Source of the DNA: Peptococcaceae bacterium UBA7702
Lineage (GTDB): Bacteria > Bacillota > Dehalobacteriia > UBA7702
Assembly: GCA_002482535.1 (NCBI GenBank)
Contig: DLGE01000007.1
Location: forward strand, 129,325-193,324
Length of the DNA: 64,000 nucleotides
Direction of reading: 5' to 3'
Shown piece after piece: positions 1-9,856 of this stretch. How positions within the stretch are numbered: position 1 is the stretch's first letter; the number at the start of each line of letters is the position of its first letter. The notes beneath the pieces are model-generated. The model ran no database searches. It was not told the DNA's origin and saw nothing but the letters and a program-made list of their open reading frames with translations. A program made the position numbers and the translations under genes.

Positions 1-1080
1 GGAAATTCGCGGTAAAGGAAAGATGGTCGCCGATGAGAAAGGCAGAGCAAACGGCATAGGCGATGCATTTGACTTTATCCTCCGGCACCAGATCCTTCAC
101 AATGGCAAAGAGCGCCAGGACATTGGCGGTAGCCGCCAAAATCCCTGTAGTGGCGTCGGCGGAAAGCCCCAACCGTTTCCCCAAGGCATTCAGGGGGCGG
201 TGCAGATAGATCTGAATCATATAGACCATGGGGAACGCGCCGCAGAGCATAATGCCAATGTAGCCGGCGACCTCCAAAGCCCGGAATGGTTCCGCCGTGT
301 CGGCAATGATAGGGTCAAAGCCCCAATGACCGATGACGGTGGAAAAGAAGCCGGTGAAATATTCCACTACGGCAAAGACGAAAACGAGACGGATGGCAGA
401 GTCCATGGCTTTCCCAAAAATAAGGAAGCCTTTGATCATGGCATTGGGTTTCAGCAATAAGCCGATGGCGATGGCCACGCAGAAAATGATCAGCGGCACC
501 AGGTTGCGGAAGATCAGACCAAAGGAAAGTACCAGCTGATAGGTACCGGCGCCGCTGGTGCTGACGACCTCACGAATCATGGGATCGGTAAGAGCGATGA
601 TCGCACAGGAGATAAAAACCCCCACGGGGATGGTAAGCATCCCGGACATCACGCCGAGGGCAAGGTATTTGCGGTCCTCTTTCTTCAGCATTTTCAAAGC
701 GACGGGAATACTAAAAATAATGGTGGCGCCGGCCATATAACCGGTGGTCAAGGCCATAATCCAGCTTTCCCTCGTGGCCGCGATGGCGTCGGCCAATTGA
801 TAGCCGCCCATGTCTACGGCAATGATGGTGGTTGCGGCCATGGAGGCGTCAGCGCCAATGGCTTCGTAAAGCGGACCAAACACACTGGTCACAAAGCCCG
901 TCAAAAACGGGGCCGCGGCCAGGATCCCGGCTACGGGCAGAAAAATCGGACCGATCGAATCGATCCCTTCTAAAAATTTCTGACCGATGGGGTGATCTTC
1001 CTTTACGATGGAGAACACGGCGCCTGTGACGGCACAGGCCATAATAATGTAGATAACGATTTGACCAAATAATTCCATAT
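1..1080 (-). CDS. eutH: EutH-family permease (ethanolamine-utilisation-type transporter), paralog 1. The C-terminus runs off the window start.
   Basis: Reverse-strand translation from the ATG at 1080 (RBS GGGGAGG 5 nt upstream) gives MELFGQIVIYIIMACAVTGAVFSIV... It is colinear with, and about 60% identical to, the neighbouring EutH ORF at 1358-2581. Multi-TM hydrophobic profile. The plus-strand ORFs in the list (23-460 etc.) are antisense artefacts. Confidence 0.8.
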
Positions 1081-1357
1081 GAGTCCTCCCCTATACTATT
1101 TTTTTTATGGTTCCATTTTATCATTTCAAAAATCAATGTAAATTCGCCGAAAAGACCAAATATCAACGGGACATGCACAAAAAAGAGAAAAAAAAGCAAA
1201 AAAATACTTCTTTTGTTCTATAGGCTTACCGGATTTGCAAAAAAACACCCTGCCGTTTTTTGGTAAAAACCGCAGGGAATCTCAAAAATGGACGATTTTT
1301 GGTATGGCACAGAAAGAATTGTTTCAGCGGTAGGTTTGCAGCAGCAAAGGAACAAAG

Positions 1358-2581
1358 TTACTTTTGAATGGAGCTTCCTTCCTTGATCAATTCTTCCTTG
1401 GCCAAGGTTTTGGCAACGGGAACCGCGATTTTCGCCGCCAAAAAGATGCCGAAGCAGCCGCCAATGAGCTTGCCGATCATAATCGGCAGGGCCAGGGAAG
1501 GCTGGTACAAATCGGTAAAGAGCAGATGGTCTCCGATGAGAAAGGCAGCGCAAACACTGTAGGCAATGCATTTGATCTTATCCTCCGGCGTCAGATCGCG
1601 AACAATGCCGAGCAGAGCGATGACATTGGCGCTGGCCGCCAAAATTCCGGCCATGGCCCGAACGGATAAGTGAAAGGAACGGCCGATCAGGGCCAATGGT
1701 TTTTTCAGATACGTTTGCAGGATATAGACAAAGGGAAAAGCTCCGGCCAGCATGATTCCGATGGAGCAGGCAGCCTCTGCCGCCCGGTATAAATTGGTCT
1801 GATCCGCCATGATGGGATCAAACCCCCAGTAACCGAAAACTTCCGAAAAAAGGCCGGTACTATACTCAATCATCGCCAGCACAAAAATAATGCGCAGGGT
1901 AAAATCCATAATATTGCCAAAGATAAGGAACCCTTTGATCAACGCTTTCGGCTTCCATTTTAACAAAATGAGAAGCAACACACTGATGATGATCAACGGC
2001 AGTAAATTTTTTAAAATCAAGGCGAAAGAGAAACTCAGCTGATACGTGGCGTTGAGGTTTTTGCCAACAAACTCTCTGATCGCCGGCTGAGACAAAGCGA
2101 TAAAGACACAGGAGAAAAAGACGCCTACGGGAATCGCCATAAAACCGGAAATCGTGCCCAAAGCCAGATACTTTCTGTCTTCGTAGTGCAAAATTCTTAA
2201 AGCCACGGGAATACTGAAGACAATGGTGGCTCCCCCCATGTAACCGACGATCATCGCCATGATCCAGCTTTCTTTCGTCGCCGCAATGGCTGCCGCCAGC
2301 TCGTAGCCACCCATATCCGTGGCGATGATCGTCGTTGCCGCAAGGGCGACGTCGGAGCCGATGGCCTCGTAGATGGGGCCGAAAAATTGTGTGATCATGC
2401 CGTCGATAAATGGCGCGGAGACTAAAATCGCCACCACCGGCAGAAAAACCGTACCAATCGTATCAAGACCTTCAAAAAACTTTTTGCCCAAAGGATGGTC
2501 TTTATTGACGATCGAAGCGATTACGCCGCAAACAGCACAAGCCATGATGATATATACGATTGCTTTCTCAAATAGTTCCAT
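1358..2581 (-). CDS. eutH: EutH-family permease, paralog 2 (407 aa)
   Basis: Full-length 407-aa multi-TM protein with the EutH-like N-terminus MELFEKAIVYIIMACAVCG. Tandem with paralog 1. TAA stop. Confidence 0.85.
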   Translation of the reverse strand: MELFEKAIVYIIMACAVCGVIASIVNKDHPLGKKFFEGLDTIGTVFLPVVAILVSAPFIDGMITQFFGPIYEAIGSDVALAATTIIATDMGGYELAAAIAATKESWIMAMIVGYMGGATIVFSIPVALRILHYEDRKYLALGTISGFMAIPVGVFFSCVFIALSQPAIREFVGKNLNATYQLSFSFALILKNLLPLIIISVLLLILLKWKPKALIKGFLIFGNIMDFTLRIIFVLAMIEYSTGLFSEVFGYWGFDPIMADQTNLYRAAEAACSIGIMLAGAFPFVYILQTYLKKPLALIGRSFHLSVRAMAGILAASANVIALLGIVRDLTPEDKIKCIAYSVCAAFLIGDHLLFTDLYQPSLALPIMIGKLIGGCFGIFLAAKIAVPVAKTLAKEELIKEGSSIQK

Positions 2582-2607
2582 CGAAATTCACTCCGTCTTC
2601 CCATCCT

Positions 2608-3408
2608 TTATTTCAGCTGCAAATTCTTATCGGATATCGTCTCATTGAACAGCCGCATCAACCCCGCCCTGTTTTTTAAGCCCGTTTTTTCATAGATGCT
2701 CAGAATATGCTTTTTCATCGTACTCTCGGCGATGGAAAGCAGAATACAGATTTCATTGTTTTGGCGGCCTTCATAGATCAAGGTCAGCACCTCCACCTCA
2801 CGGTTGGTCAGGTGATACTTCTCCGCGATCCCGGCAACGATTTTATGGATGATTTCTTGCCAGACAATGCCGTCGTCTTTTTTACTCTGTCTTTCCTGGA
2901 AGAGGCGGAGGGCAAGATGATCTTTCAAAATATCGAGGATACGCACTTCAACATCGGTAAAGTCACCGTTTTCATAATTCCGCATCAGAATCACGCAACC
3001 TTCGTAATGGAATTCGTAAGAAAGTACAATCATCAAGAAATACTGGATGTCGTATCGCTTACAGCGTTCCAAAAACGGTTCATTCAAAAAGGCCTCTTTT
3101 TTTAAGTAGTAATCGGAGAAACGAAAAACCTTGTTGAGTCCGGATTCGAAAACCCAGCGCAAATTGACAAAGTTTGTCTGTAGCTCCGGGACGTCGGCGA
3201 CCTTCCGCTTTGTCCCCATGCGATCGTGGTGAATGGGATGTCCCAGGTGGTTTTCCCCGTCGGGCAGACAAAAAACCGAGTACTGGCAGGGAATGAAGGT
3301 ATCGAGCATATTCAAAAAGAACTCCCGCATTTCGTCACGGTCCGTGATCCGGTTGACCTGATAAATTAAACTATTCAGATAATTCCAGTCAATTTCAGAA
3401 AAACTCAT
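2608..3408 (-). CDS. LuxR-family transcriptional regulator
   Basis: C-terminal HTH LTNREVEVLTLIYEGRQNNEICILLSIAESTMKKHI is typical of LuxR/GerE. RBS GGAG 8 nt upstream of the ATG. Sits immediately upstream of the two eutH genes on the same strand. Confidence 0.7.
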   Translation of the reverse strand: MSFSEIDWNYLNSLIYQVNRITDRDEMREFFLNMLDTFIPCQYSVFCLPDGENHLGHPIHHDRMGTKRKVADVPELQTNFVNLRWVFESGLNKVFRFSDYYLKKEAFLNEPFLERCKRYDIQYFLMIVLSYEFHYEGCVILMRNYENGDFTDVEVRILDILKDHLALRLFQERQSKKDDGIVWQEIIHKIVAGIAEKYHLTNREVEVLTLIYEGRQNNEICILLSIAESTMKKHILSIYEKTGLKNRAGLMRLFNETISDKNLQLK

Positions 3409-3661
3409 AAAATGACTCCGTTTCCCCCACTAAAAACTACATCCGTAAAAAAATCGGCATTGACCTTAGACAATTTCACGGAATAAGAATCACTGTTTTC
3501 ATTATAGAAAAAAAAGATTACAAAAGAAATAGACCAAAAGTTCTATTCCAGCACTGTTTTTTGCTTTTTTGATCACGTGATACACACGAACCACATAGAA
3601 AACAGCATTGATTTCCCCTCGGCGATACACTATAATGAAAGGAGTTCCAGCAAAGGAGAAA

Positions 3662-3916
3662 ATGATGATGAAAAAAATTCTGTTGGCGCTCCTCGCCGCA
3701 CTGATGATTTTTGCTTTTAGCGCCTGTGGCAGCACAGACGGCCAGACAGGAAATGACAATACCGGGGACACGGAAGAAAACATCGCCTCCGACAGCGATT
3801 TGAGCGCTGATGAAGACGAACCCCGCTACACGTCTGACGGCGACCTCATCGTGGAAGAAGAACGTCCCGCCTCTGATTCGGACTTAACGGAAGATGGTGG
3901 CGAGACCGCTGAATAA
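3662..3916 (+). CDS. small acidic lipoprotein
   Basis: MMMKKILLALLAALMIFAFSACGS... has a signal peptide with an FSAC lipobox, followed by a D/E/S-rich low-complexity tail. Terminator hairpin follows at 3937-3957. Confidence 0.55.
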   Translation: MMMKKILLALLAALMIFAFSACGSTDGQTGNDNTGDTEENIASDSDLSADEDEPRYTSDGDLIVEEERPASDSDLTEDGGETAE

Positions 3917-4110
3917 ACCGGCAAAAAAATGGGAGGAAAACCGTTTTGTACGGTTTTCTCAGCTTGTCAAAAAAGTGGCTGGCCACTTTCCCGCCAAGCT
4001 GATGCGGTGACGGCGCTGCCGCCACCTGAGATTTAAGTACCCAGACGGGGAGACGGCGCTCCCCTTCCCGCCCTTCCCCTGAGAAAGTTTGGCCTTATTG
4101 ACAGCCTGGG

Positions 4111-4138
4111 AAAACCGTCTTATACGGTTTTCTTTTCT
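4111..4138 (+). terminator. rho-independent terminator-like hairpin. It is a second copy of the gaaaaccgtNtNtacggttttc motif (first copy at 3937-3957).
   Basis: aaaaccgtcttatacggtttt followed by ttttcttttctttt. Confidence 0.5.
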
Positions 4139-4242
4139 TTTGCATAAATCAAGAATTGCCTATGATGTCAATTATTATCTATTGAAATTTTAACATATAT
4201 TCTTTAGAATTGCATTGATATATCAAAAAAGGGACGAACCCC

Positions 4243-5751
4243 ATGAAAAAAACACTTCAATATTTTCTCAGAGGCAAAAATAACGTCAATTATTACAATA
4301 ATGTCGTGAACGGCCTCGTTACAATTATTTTTATATTCATCACAACTGAACTGGTGCTTTGGGTTTCTTTAAGCCAAATCGTCAGCGACCGGGGACACCT
4401 GGCGCTGATGATTTTCGGTTTCTGTAATTTTATGCTCTTTAGCGGCAGTTTCTTCTATTATTGGACTTGCCGTAATTACGGCAAAGACATCGAAAATCTG
4501 CTGCCTTCCATCAATCGCTACCACCGCAGCTTTTTTTCCTTTCAGGATGAGATTCTCGTTGACTACGTATTGGCTCAACTCTTAAAGGGGAAATATCCCC
4601 CGGAAAACTACGAGGAGTATTTCGCCAACAACACCACCTACGACTTTATCAACAGCGAATACCGGGTTGTGGTGATCATCCCGGAAAACGAATACGACAA
4701 CAATGCCGAGGCTTTTAGCGTTTGCGGCCTGGCCTTAAACGACATTGCCAAAGATTCCCTTTCCGTCTATATGCTGGAAATCGATACGATGCTTGTGGGC
4801 ATCTGCTTCCCCAAACATGGGAAATCTTTTGTCGTCAACACCAACTGGCTGGAAATGACACGCTTCTTTCAGTACGTTCAGGTAAAAGTGGAAGAAAATA
4901 CCAACGTCCACTTGAACATCGCCGCCGGCGGCCGCCATAAAGGTCTCGCAGCCCTGGCCAAAGCCTTTAACGAAGCCATGAGCGCCCATAAATATCAGGA
5001 AATCTTCGGCGACGAAAACTGCCTGGTTTTCTATAACAACATCAACTTCCCCGATCAACCCGAAGACAGCGTTTACGAAGATGACGACTGGTACGAAAGC
5101 GAACGGAAAATGCTCTACGCCGTCAATAACGGCGATTACGAAGCCGGGGAAGCCATCATTGACGAAATGTGCGCCATGATGGGGCGCATCAGCAACCAGT
5201 CCTTCCAGCTCATGAAATACAAAGCCTTCGGCCTCATCAATACGCTTACCATCGAATTGATGAAAAAGCGAACCTTAGACAATGAATTGATGAATATCAA
5301 CGGCTGCTTTCACATCTCCCAATGTAAGTCCGTCCACGAACTGACGCGTTCCGTCAGAATCATCTACAAAGCCATTGAGGCGGAACTAAAATCCCAGGAA
5401 AGCGAAGTCTCCACCAATACAAATAAACGCGTGGCTGAAATCATGGCCTATATCCAGGAAAACCATACCAATACCGACTTAAATATTGTCTACGTCGCGG
5501 AACATTTTAATTTGACGCCGGCCTACCTCTCCCGCATTTTCAAAAAAGAAACCGGTGTCGGCCCCGCCGAATACCTACAGATGATTCGCATCGAAGCCGC
5601 AAAAAAATTGCTCCTTTCCAGCGACCTGACGATTCGGGAAATTTCCGAGGCCGTCGGCTATCAATACGTCCTCACCATGAATCGGGTATTCAAAAAAACC
5701 TTGGGCGTCACGCCTTCTCAATACATTGCGGAAAACAAAGAAAAAGCCTAA
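4243..5751 (+). CDS. AraC-family transcriptional regulator with N-terminal membrane/sensor region
   Basis: C-terminal double HTH: ...AEHFNLTPAYLSRIFKKETGVGPAEYLQMIRIEAAKKLLLSSDLTIREISEAVGYQYVLTMNRVFKK... N-terminus has two or three hydrophobic helices. TAA stop followed by the terminator at 5775-5807. Confidence 0.8.
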   Translation: MKKTLQYFLRGKNNVNYYNNVVNGLVTIIFIFITTELVLWVSLSQIVSDRGHLALMIFGFCNFMLFSGSFFYYWTCRNYGKDIENLLPSINRYHRSFFSFQDEILVDYVLAQLLKGKYPPENYEEYFANNTTYDFINSEYRVVVIIPENEYDNNAEAFSVCGLALNDIAKDSLSVYMLEIDTMLVGICFPKHGKSFVVNTNWLEMTRFFQYVQVKVEENTNVHLNIAAGGRHKGLAALAKAFNEAMSAHKYQEIFGDENCLVFYNNINFPDQPEDSVYEDDDWYESERKMLYAVNNGDYEAGEAIIDEMCAMMGRISNQSFQLMKYKAFGLINTLTIELMKKRTLDNELMNINGCFHISQCKSVHELTRSVRIIYKAIEAELKSQESEVSTNTNKRVAEIMAYIQENHTNTDLNIVYVAEHFNLTPAYLSRIFKKETGVGPAEYLQMIRIEAAKKLLLSSDLTIREISEAVGYQYVLTMNRVFKKTLGVTPSQYIAENKEKA

Positions 5752-5774
5752 CACAGTCTACGAAAACAGTTCTT

Positions 5775-5807
5775 CGCTTCGAGGCAACCTGCCTCGAAGC
5801 TTTTTTT
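5775..5807 (+). terminator. rho-independent terminator
   Basis: gcttcgaggcaacctgcctcgaagc followed by ttttttt. Confidence 0.6.
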
Positions 5808-5987
5808 GCAAAAATTCACACACAAAATAGAATATGATCAATTCTTGTCGAAACCCAACAAATCTTGTCTACCTCATAAAATGATCTCTCGATATCAATT
5901 TTTGCTGATTTTCATGTCGAAAATTTTGCGCTATGATGGCTTTGGTTCCATGAACCGAATACGCAAAAAAGGAACAGGTGAACATTC

Positions 5988-7262
5988 ATGAAAGGCAAGA
6001 ACTACTGTAAACTGCACACGGAAGAGATGAAGCAGTATCCTCCTTTTACGTCCCAGTCGATCTTAACGACAAACAGCGACGTTACCGCCATGGCCGCAAA
6101 GCTCAACGAAATGGCGGACTTTACCAAAGAGGGGTTTCTCTTCAATCAAGTCCGGGAAGTGGTGGAAAAAGCCTATGACATCGGCAAACTGGTCGAAGCC
6201 CACCAGCTTTTCGGCGGCTACATCAACACCACCTTCGGCATTTACACGGAAAAAGAAGGCGCCATCGATACCTGGTTGATCCGCAAATATAAGCGGGGCA
6301 AGGAGTTGGATTCGCTGATGTTTGAACACAAATTGCTGATCCACGCCTACGACAATGGCTTCAGTTACGGTTGCCGCCCCATCGCCGCCAAAAACGGCGC
6401 GACCTACCATATAGAAAAAGAAGTCTACCCCACCGGGGAAGAAGACGCGATTTTCGCCGTCTTCAACTACCTTGACGGCATTTCCACCTACACTTGGCTG
6501 GGTAACTGGGCGGAACCGGAAATGCCGGAACATACCTTTTTAAGCGCCGCCCGCTCCATGGCGGAATTTCACAGCGCCATGAAAGGTTTCCATCCCGGAG
6601 AGCTCCACGGTGACAACATCATGGACAACGAAGACATCACCGTCAACGACCTGATCGCGAAATTCCCTGAAACCCTGAAACGCTTCCGTAAAAACTATGC
6701 AGAATCCGGCTTTGAAAATGTCTTTACCGATTTTTTTGACAGCAACTACGACTACTATCAAAAGATGTGCGAAGCGTCGGTCATTCCCGCCGAAGATTAT
6801 CAAAAGATGCACTATTGCGCCTGCCAGTGCGATTTCCATCCCGGTAATTTCAAATACGACGAAGAGGGGTACGTCACCGCCAGCTTCGATTACGATATGG
6901 CGAAAATGGATACCCGTCTCTTTGAAATCGGCCTCGGTATGCATTATTGCTTCGCTTCCTGGAAATGCAGCACCAACGGGATCATCCAACTGGAAAACGT
7001 TGAAAAATTCATTCGCCGGTATAACGCGGAGATCCAAAACATCGGCGCCATCGAACCGCTGAATGAAACAGAAAAGAAATACCTCTACGAAGTGATGGTT
7101 CAGGGTACCCTTTACGATATGGCCTGGTGCACTTCGGCCTGTGTCTATGACCCCAGCCTTGATCCTTACGAATACCTCTACTATATGCAGCACTTTTTAT
7201 TCTCTCTGCAATGGTTGGAAGCCCATGAGGCCGAAGTCAGAGCCATCGCCGGGAAAATCTGA
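5988..7262 (+). CDS. phosphotransferase-family protein (APH / choline-kinase / CotS-like small-molecule kinase fold)
   Basis: Contains the Brenner-type catalytic motif CDFHPGNF (HxDxxxxN) and a downstream DYD (DxD) motif. An N-terminal GGYINTTFG resembles the nucleotide-binding loop. 424 aa. Confidence 0.55.
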   Translation: MKGKNYCKLHTEEMKQYPPFTSQSILTTNSDVTAMAAKLNEMADFTKEGFLFNQVREVVEKAYDIGKLVEAHQLFGGYINTTFGIYTEKEGAIDTWLIRKYKRGKELDSLMFEHKLLIHAYDNGFSYGCRPIAAKNGATYHIEKEVYPTGEEDAIFAVFNYLDGISTYTWLGNWAEPEMPEHTFLSAARSMAEFHSAMKGFHPGELHGDNIMDNEDITVNDLIAKFPETLKRFRKNYAESGFENVFTDFFDSNYDYYQKMCEASVIPAEDYQKMHYCACQCDFHPGNFKYDEEGYVTASFDYDMAKMDTRLFEIGLGMHYCFASWKCSTNGIIQLENVEKFIRRYNAEIQNIGAIEPLNETEKKYLYEVMVQGTLYDMAWCTSACVYDPSLDPYEYLYYMQHFLFSLQWLEAHEAEVRAIAGKI

Positions 7263-7281
7263 GTCAAAGGAGAAAATCATC

Positions 7282-8712
7282 ATGAATCTTGCAGCACAAG
7301 TCAAAGTTTTAACCGCCGACCAAATGGCCACCGTCCACGAAAAAGCCCTGAAACTGATGGCGGAAAAGGGCATCGTTTTTCAAACCGACGACGCCGTGGA
7401 AACCTTCCGCAAACACGGCGCTAAAATCGAAGATCATACCGTCTTTTTTCCCAAGGAAATGGTGGAAAAGGCTCTGTCTCAAACACCCTCCACGTTTCTT
7501 TTGGAAGCGATGAACCCCAAAAAAAGCGTCACCGTGGGCGAAGGCTTATTGATCCATCCCGCCGGCGGCGAAGTTTTTGTGGCGGATTACAACGGCAGCC
7601 GCAGAGCACCGGCATTAAAGGATTTTGCCGATCTGCAAAAGGTCTATCAAGCTTGCGATAACATCAATATCGCCGGTTTTCAGCCTTTAAGCCCCATGGA
7701 TGTGGAAGAACGGGTGAAGGGACTCTATTGTACCTTGACGTCGATGCAACACTGCGACAAACCGATTTTAAGCCCCATGGAACTGGATACCGTCGAACAG
7801 AAAGAAGAGTGTCTGAAACTCTTCAATATCGCTTACGGCAAAGAAAATTATCTGGAGGATCATTACCTCACCTGGCACGCCGTTTGCCCCAACTCCCCCT
7901 ATTTCTATTCCGAATTCGCCTGCGAAGGCATCAAAGTCTACGCCGAACATAACCAGCCGGTGATTCTCGTATCGGCGCCGATGACCGGTATCACCTCTCC
8001 CGTTTACCTATACGCCACCGTGGTTTTGACCATGGCGGAACTTTTGGCCGGTCTCGTTTATGCCCAGTTGATCCGCCCCGGCGTGCCGGTGGTTCCCTCA
8101 GCCTCTCTGACTTACGGCAATATGCGCTATGCCACTTGGGAATGCGCCGCCCCGGACACCACCTTGATGCTGGCCGCCTCGATTCAGATGTTCCATGATT
8201 TCTATCAGCTTCCCGCCCGAGCGCAAACCGGCGTCACCAGCTCCAAAGCCATCGACTACCAGGCCGGCATGGAAACGATTCAGAGTTTCCTCGTTTCCGC
8301 CCTGGCCGGCGTCAATCTGACCAGCCAATCGGTGGGCACCTTAGCCAATTTAATGACTTCCTCCCTGGAAAAGACGGTTTTAGATGACGAAATGATCGCC
8401 AGGGTGCGCTACATCTTGAACGGTATGCAAACCGACGAAGCCAGCCTCGGCATGGACGACCTCTTAAACGCCCTGCCCTGCCAGGATTTCATGACCACCG
8501 AATCGACGCTGATGCACTTTAGAGACGGTTGGCAGCCCCTCGTTTCCGATTGGCGTTCCTATGACGCCTGGGAAAAAGACGGACAGGAAGACGTCACCGC
8601 CGTGGCCCACAGAAAAGTTGAAAACATACTGGAAAACGCCCCTGCCTCGTTGCTCGACGCGGAACAGGAGAAAGCCATGGCAGACTACATTCAGTCCATC
8701 GAAAGAAAATAA
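7282..8712 (+). CDS. MttB-superfamily methyltransferase without pyrrolysine (quaternary-amine:corrinoid methyltransferase type)
   Basis: MNLAAQVKVLTADQMATVHEKALKLMAEKGIVFQTDD... is colinear with the three other MttB-family ORFs in the window. RBS AAGGAG 9 nt upstream of the ATG at 7282 (the listed 7141 start is an upstream in-frame extension). The residue aligned to the Pyl site is an ordinary amino acid (…QTGVTSSKAIDYQAG…). Confidence 0.85.
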   Translation: MNLAAQVKVLTADQMATVHEKALKLMAEKGIVFQTDDAVETFRKHGAKIEDHTVFFPKEMVEKALSQTPSTFLLEAMNPKKSVTVGEGLLIHPAGGEVFVADYNGSRRAPALKDFADLQKVYQACDNINIAGFQPLSPMDVEERVKGLYCTLTSMQHCDKPILSPMELDTVEQKEECLKLFNIAYGKENYLEDHYLTWHAVCPNSPYFYSEFACEGIKVYAEHNQPVILVSAPMTGITSPVYLYATVVLTMAELLAGLVYAQLIRPGVPVVPSASLTYGNMRYATWECAAPDTTLMLAASIQMFHDFYQLPARAQTGVTSSKAIDYQAGMETIQSFLVSALAGVNLTSQSVGTLANLMTSSLEKTVLDDEMIARVRYILNGMQTDEASLGMDDLLNALPCQDFMTTESTLMHFRDGWQPLVSDWRSYDAWEKDGQEDVTAVAHRKVENILENAPASLLDAEQEKAMADYIQSIERK

Positions 8713-8735
8713 GTCACTTTAGAAGGGAGAAAAAC

Positions 8736-9755
8736 ATGACAACACAACAAAAAGGGGTCGTCACAGGTTTGGCCTCTGGGTTGACTTGGGCCGTCTATAC
8801 GGTCTTGATCTACGAACTGCTCAATCCCTATGCCGGTTGTACCGGGGGTATTGACAGTTTCCATGGTATGCTGCTGATCGTCACCGCCGCGCTGGTCATC
8901 GGTATCTGCGAAAGCTGCTGCGCTCTCGTGATTGAACTGAGTTACCTGCGGAAACTCCACCGTTTTAAAGAATTTCTAAGAATTCTCTTCAGCAAAGACG
9001 GATTCGGCATCATTCCCGCGGTGATTTTTTCCGGCCTTTTGGGGGCGGTTCCCTACTCCATTGCCAGCAGCTTCTCGACGTCGGTTGCCGGCACCATCAG
9101 CGCGGCCTTCCCTGCCATCGGCGCCATTGTCGCCGTGATCTGGTTTAAGGAAAAACTGACGCCTCTAAAATTCATCGGCATCATTCTTTGCATCGTCGGC
9201 ACCGGCATCATGTACGGCCTCGCCACCGGCAGCGTTCCCTTCTTCGTTTACCTGATCTCCATCATCACCGCCATTGGCTATGCCATGGAAGGCTGTTTTG
9301 GTTATAACTTGATGCGCTCCGACGTTCATTCCAGCGTCGCCGTGGCCCTGCGCCGGGTTTACGCCATCCTGCTCAACGTCATTCTCGTTGTTCTCATTTC
9401 CGCTTTTACCGGCAACTTCCAATATTTACTCGACTTCGTTTCAGGCTTCACCGTTAATTCCGCCGTTTATCCCTGGTTATCGGGAATGGAAGGTAACTGG
9501 CTCTTCTTTGCCTTGATCTTCTTCCTCGGCGCGGGCTGCAACGGCGCCTCCTACATCTTCTGGTATTACAGCTTTAATTTCAGCGGTGTCGCCACCGCCC
9601 AGGTACTCAACATTACCTACGGCATCTTTATCATACTCTTAGTGATGCTGCCGCCCTTCCTCAGCTTACCGGCTTGGGGTTCCATCCTCGGGGCTTTGGT
9701 GCTCTTCGGCGGCGCGGCCATTGTCACCAGAGAGACGACAAAACAACCCGCCTGA
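8736..9755 (+). CDS. 10-TM permease, possibly DMT/EamA-like; paralog of 14051-15187
   Basis: Hydrophobic 339-aa protein. Shares motifs with the ORF at 14051 (SG(L/M)TW(A/G), (F/Y)PAIGAI…KE(K/R)(L/I), Y(I/V)FWY). RBS AAGGGAG. Directly downstream of the MttB-family gene. Confidence 0.5.
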   Translation: MTTQQKGVVTGLASGLTWAVYTVLIYELLNPYAGCTGGIDSFHGMLLIVTAALVIGICESCCALVIELSYLRKLHRFKEFLRILFSKDGFGIIPAVIFSGLLGAVPYSIASSFSTSVAGTISAAFPAIGAIVAVIWFKEKLTPLKFIGIILCIVGTGIMYGLATGSVPFFVYLISIITAIGYAMEGCFGYNLMRSDVHSSVAVALRRVYAILLNVILVVLISAFTGNFQYLLDFVSGFTVNSAVYPWLSGMEGNWLFFALIFFLGAGCNGASYIFWYYSFNFSGVATAQVLNITYGIFIILLVMLPPFLSLPAWGSILGALVLFGGAAIVTRETTKQPA

Positions 9756-9810
9756 CACCGCTTTAATCCCTTATCCTACCTTCATTATCCCTTGGCATCA
9801 ACCCTTCTAA

Positions 9811-9845
9811 AAGAGGCTCTGACCGCAACCGGTCAGAGCCTCTTA
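9811..9845. terminator. bidirectional terminator hairpin
   Basis: aagaggctctgaccgcaaccggtcagagcctctt lies between convergent genes. Confidence 0.55.
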
Positions 9846-9856
9846 CCTCTTCTTCG

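Noticed and set aside
23-1199. Plus-strand ORFs at the window start (23-460, 333-539, 558-740, 832-1029)
   Set aside because: The minus strand encodes a full EutH-family permease colinear with its neighbour, so the plus-strand ORFs are antisense noise.
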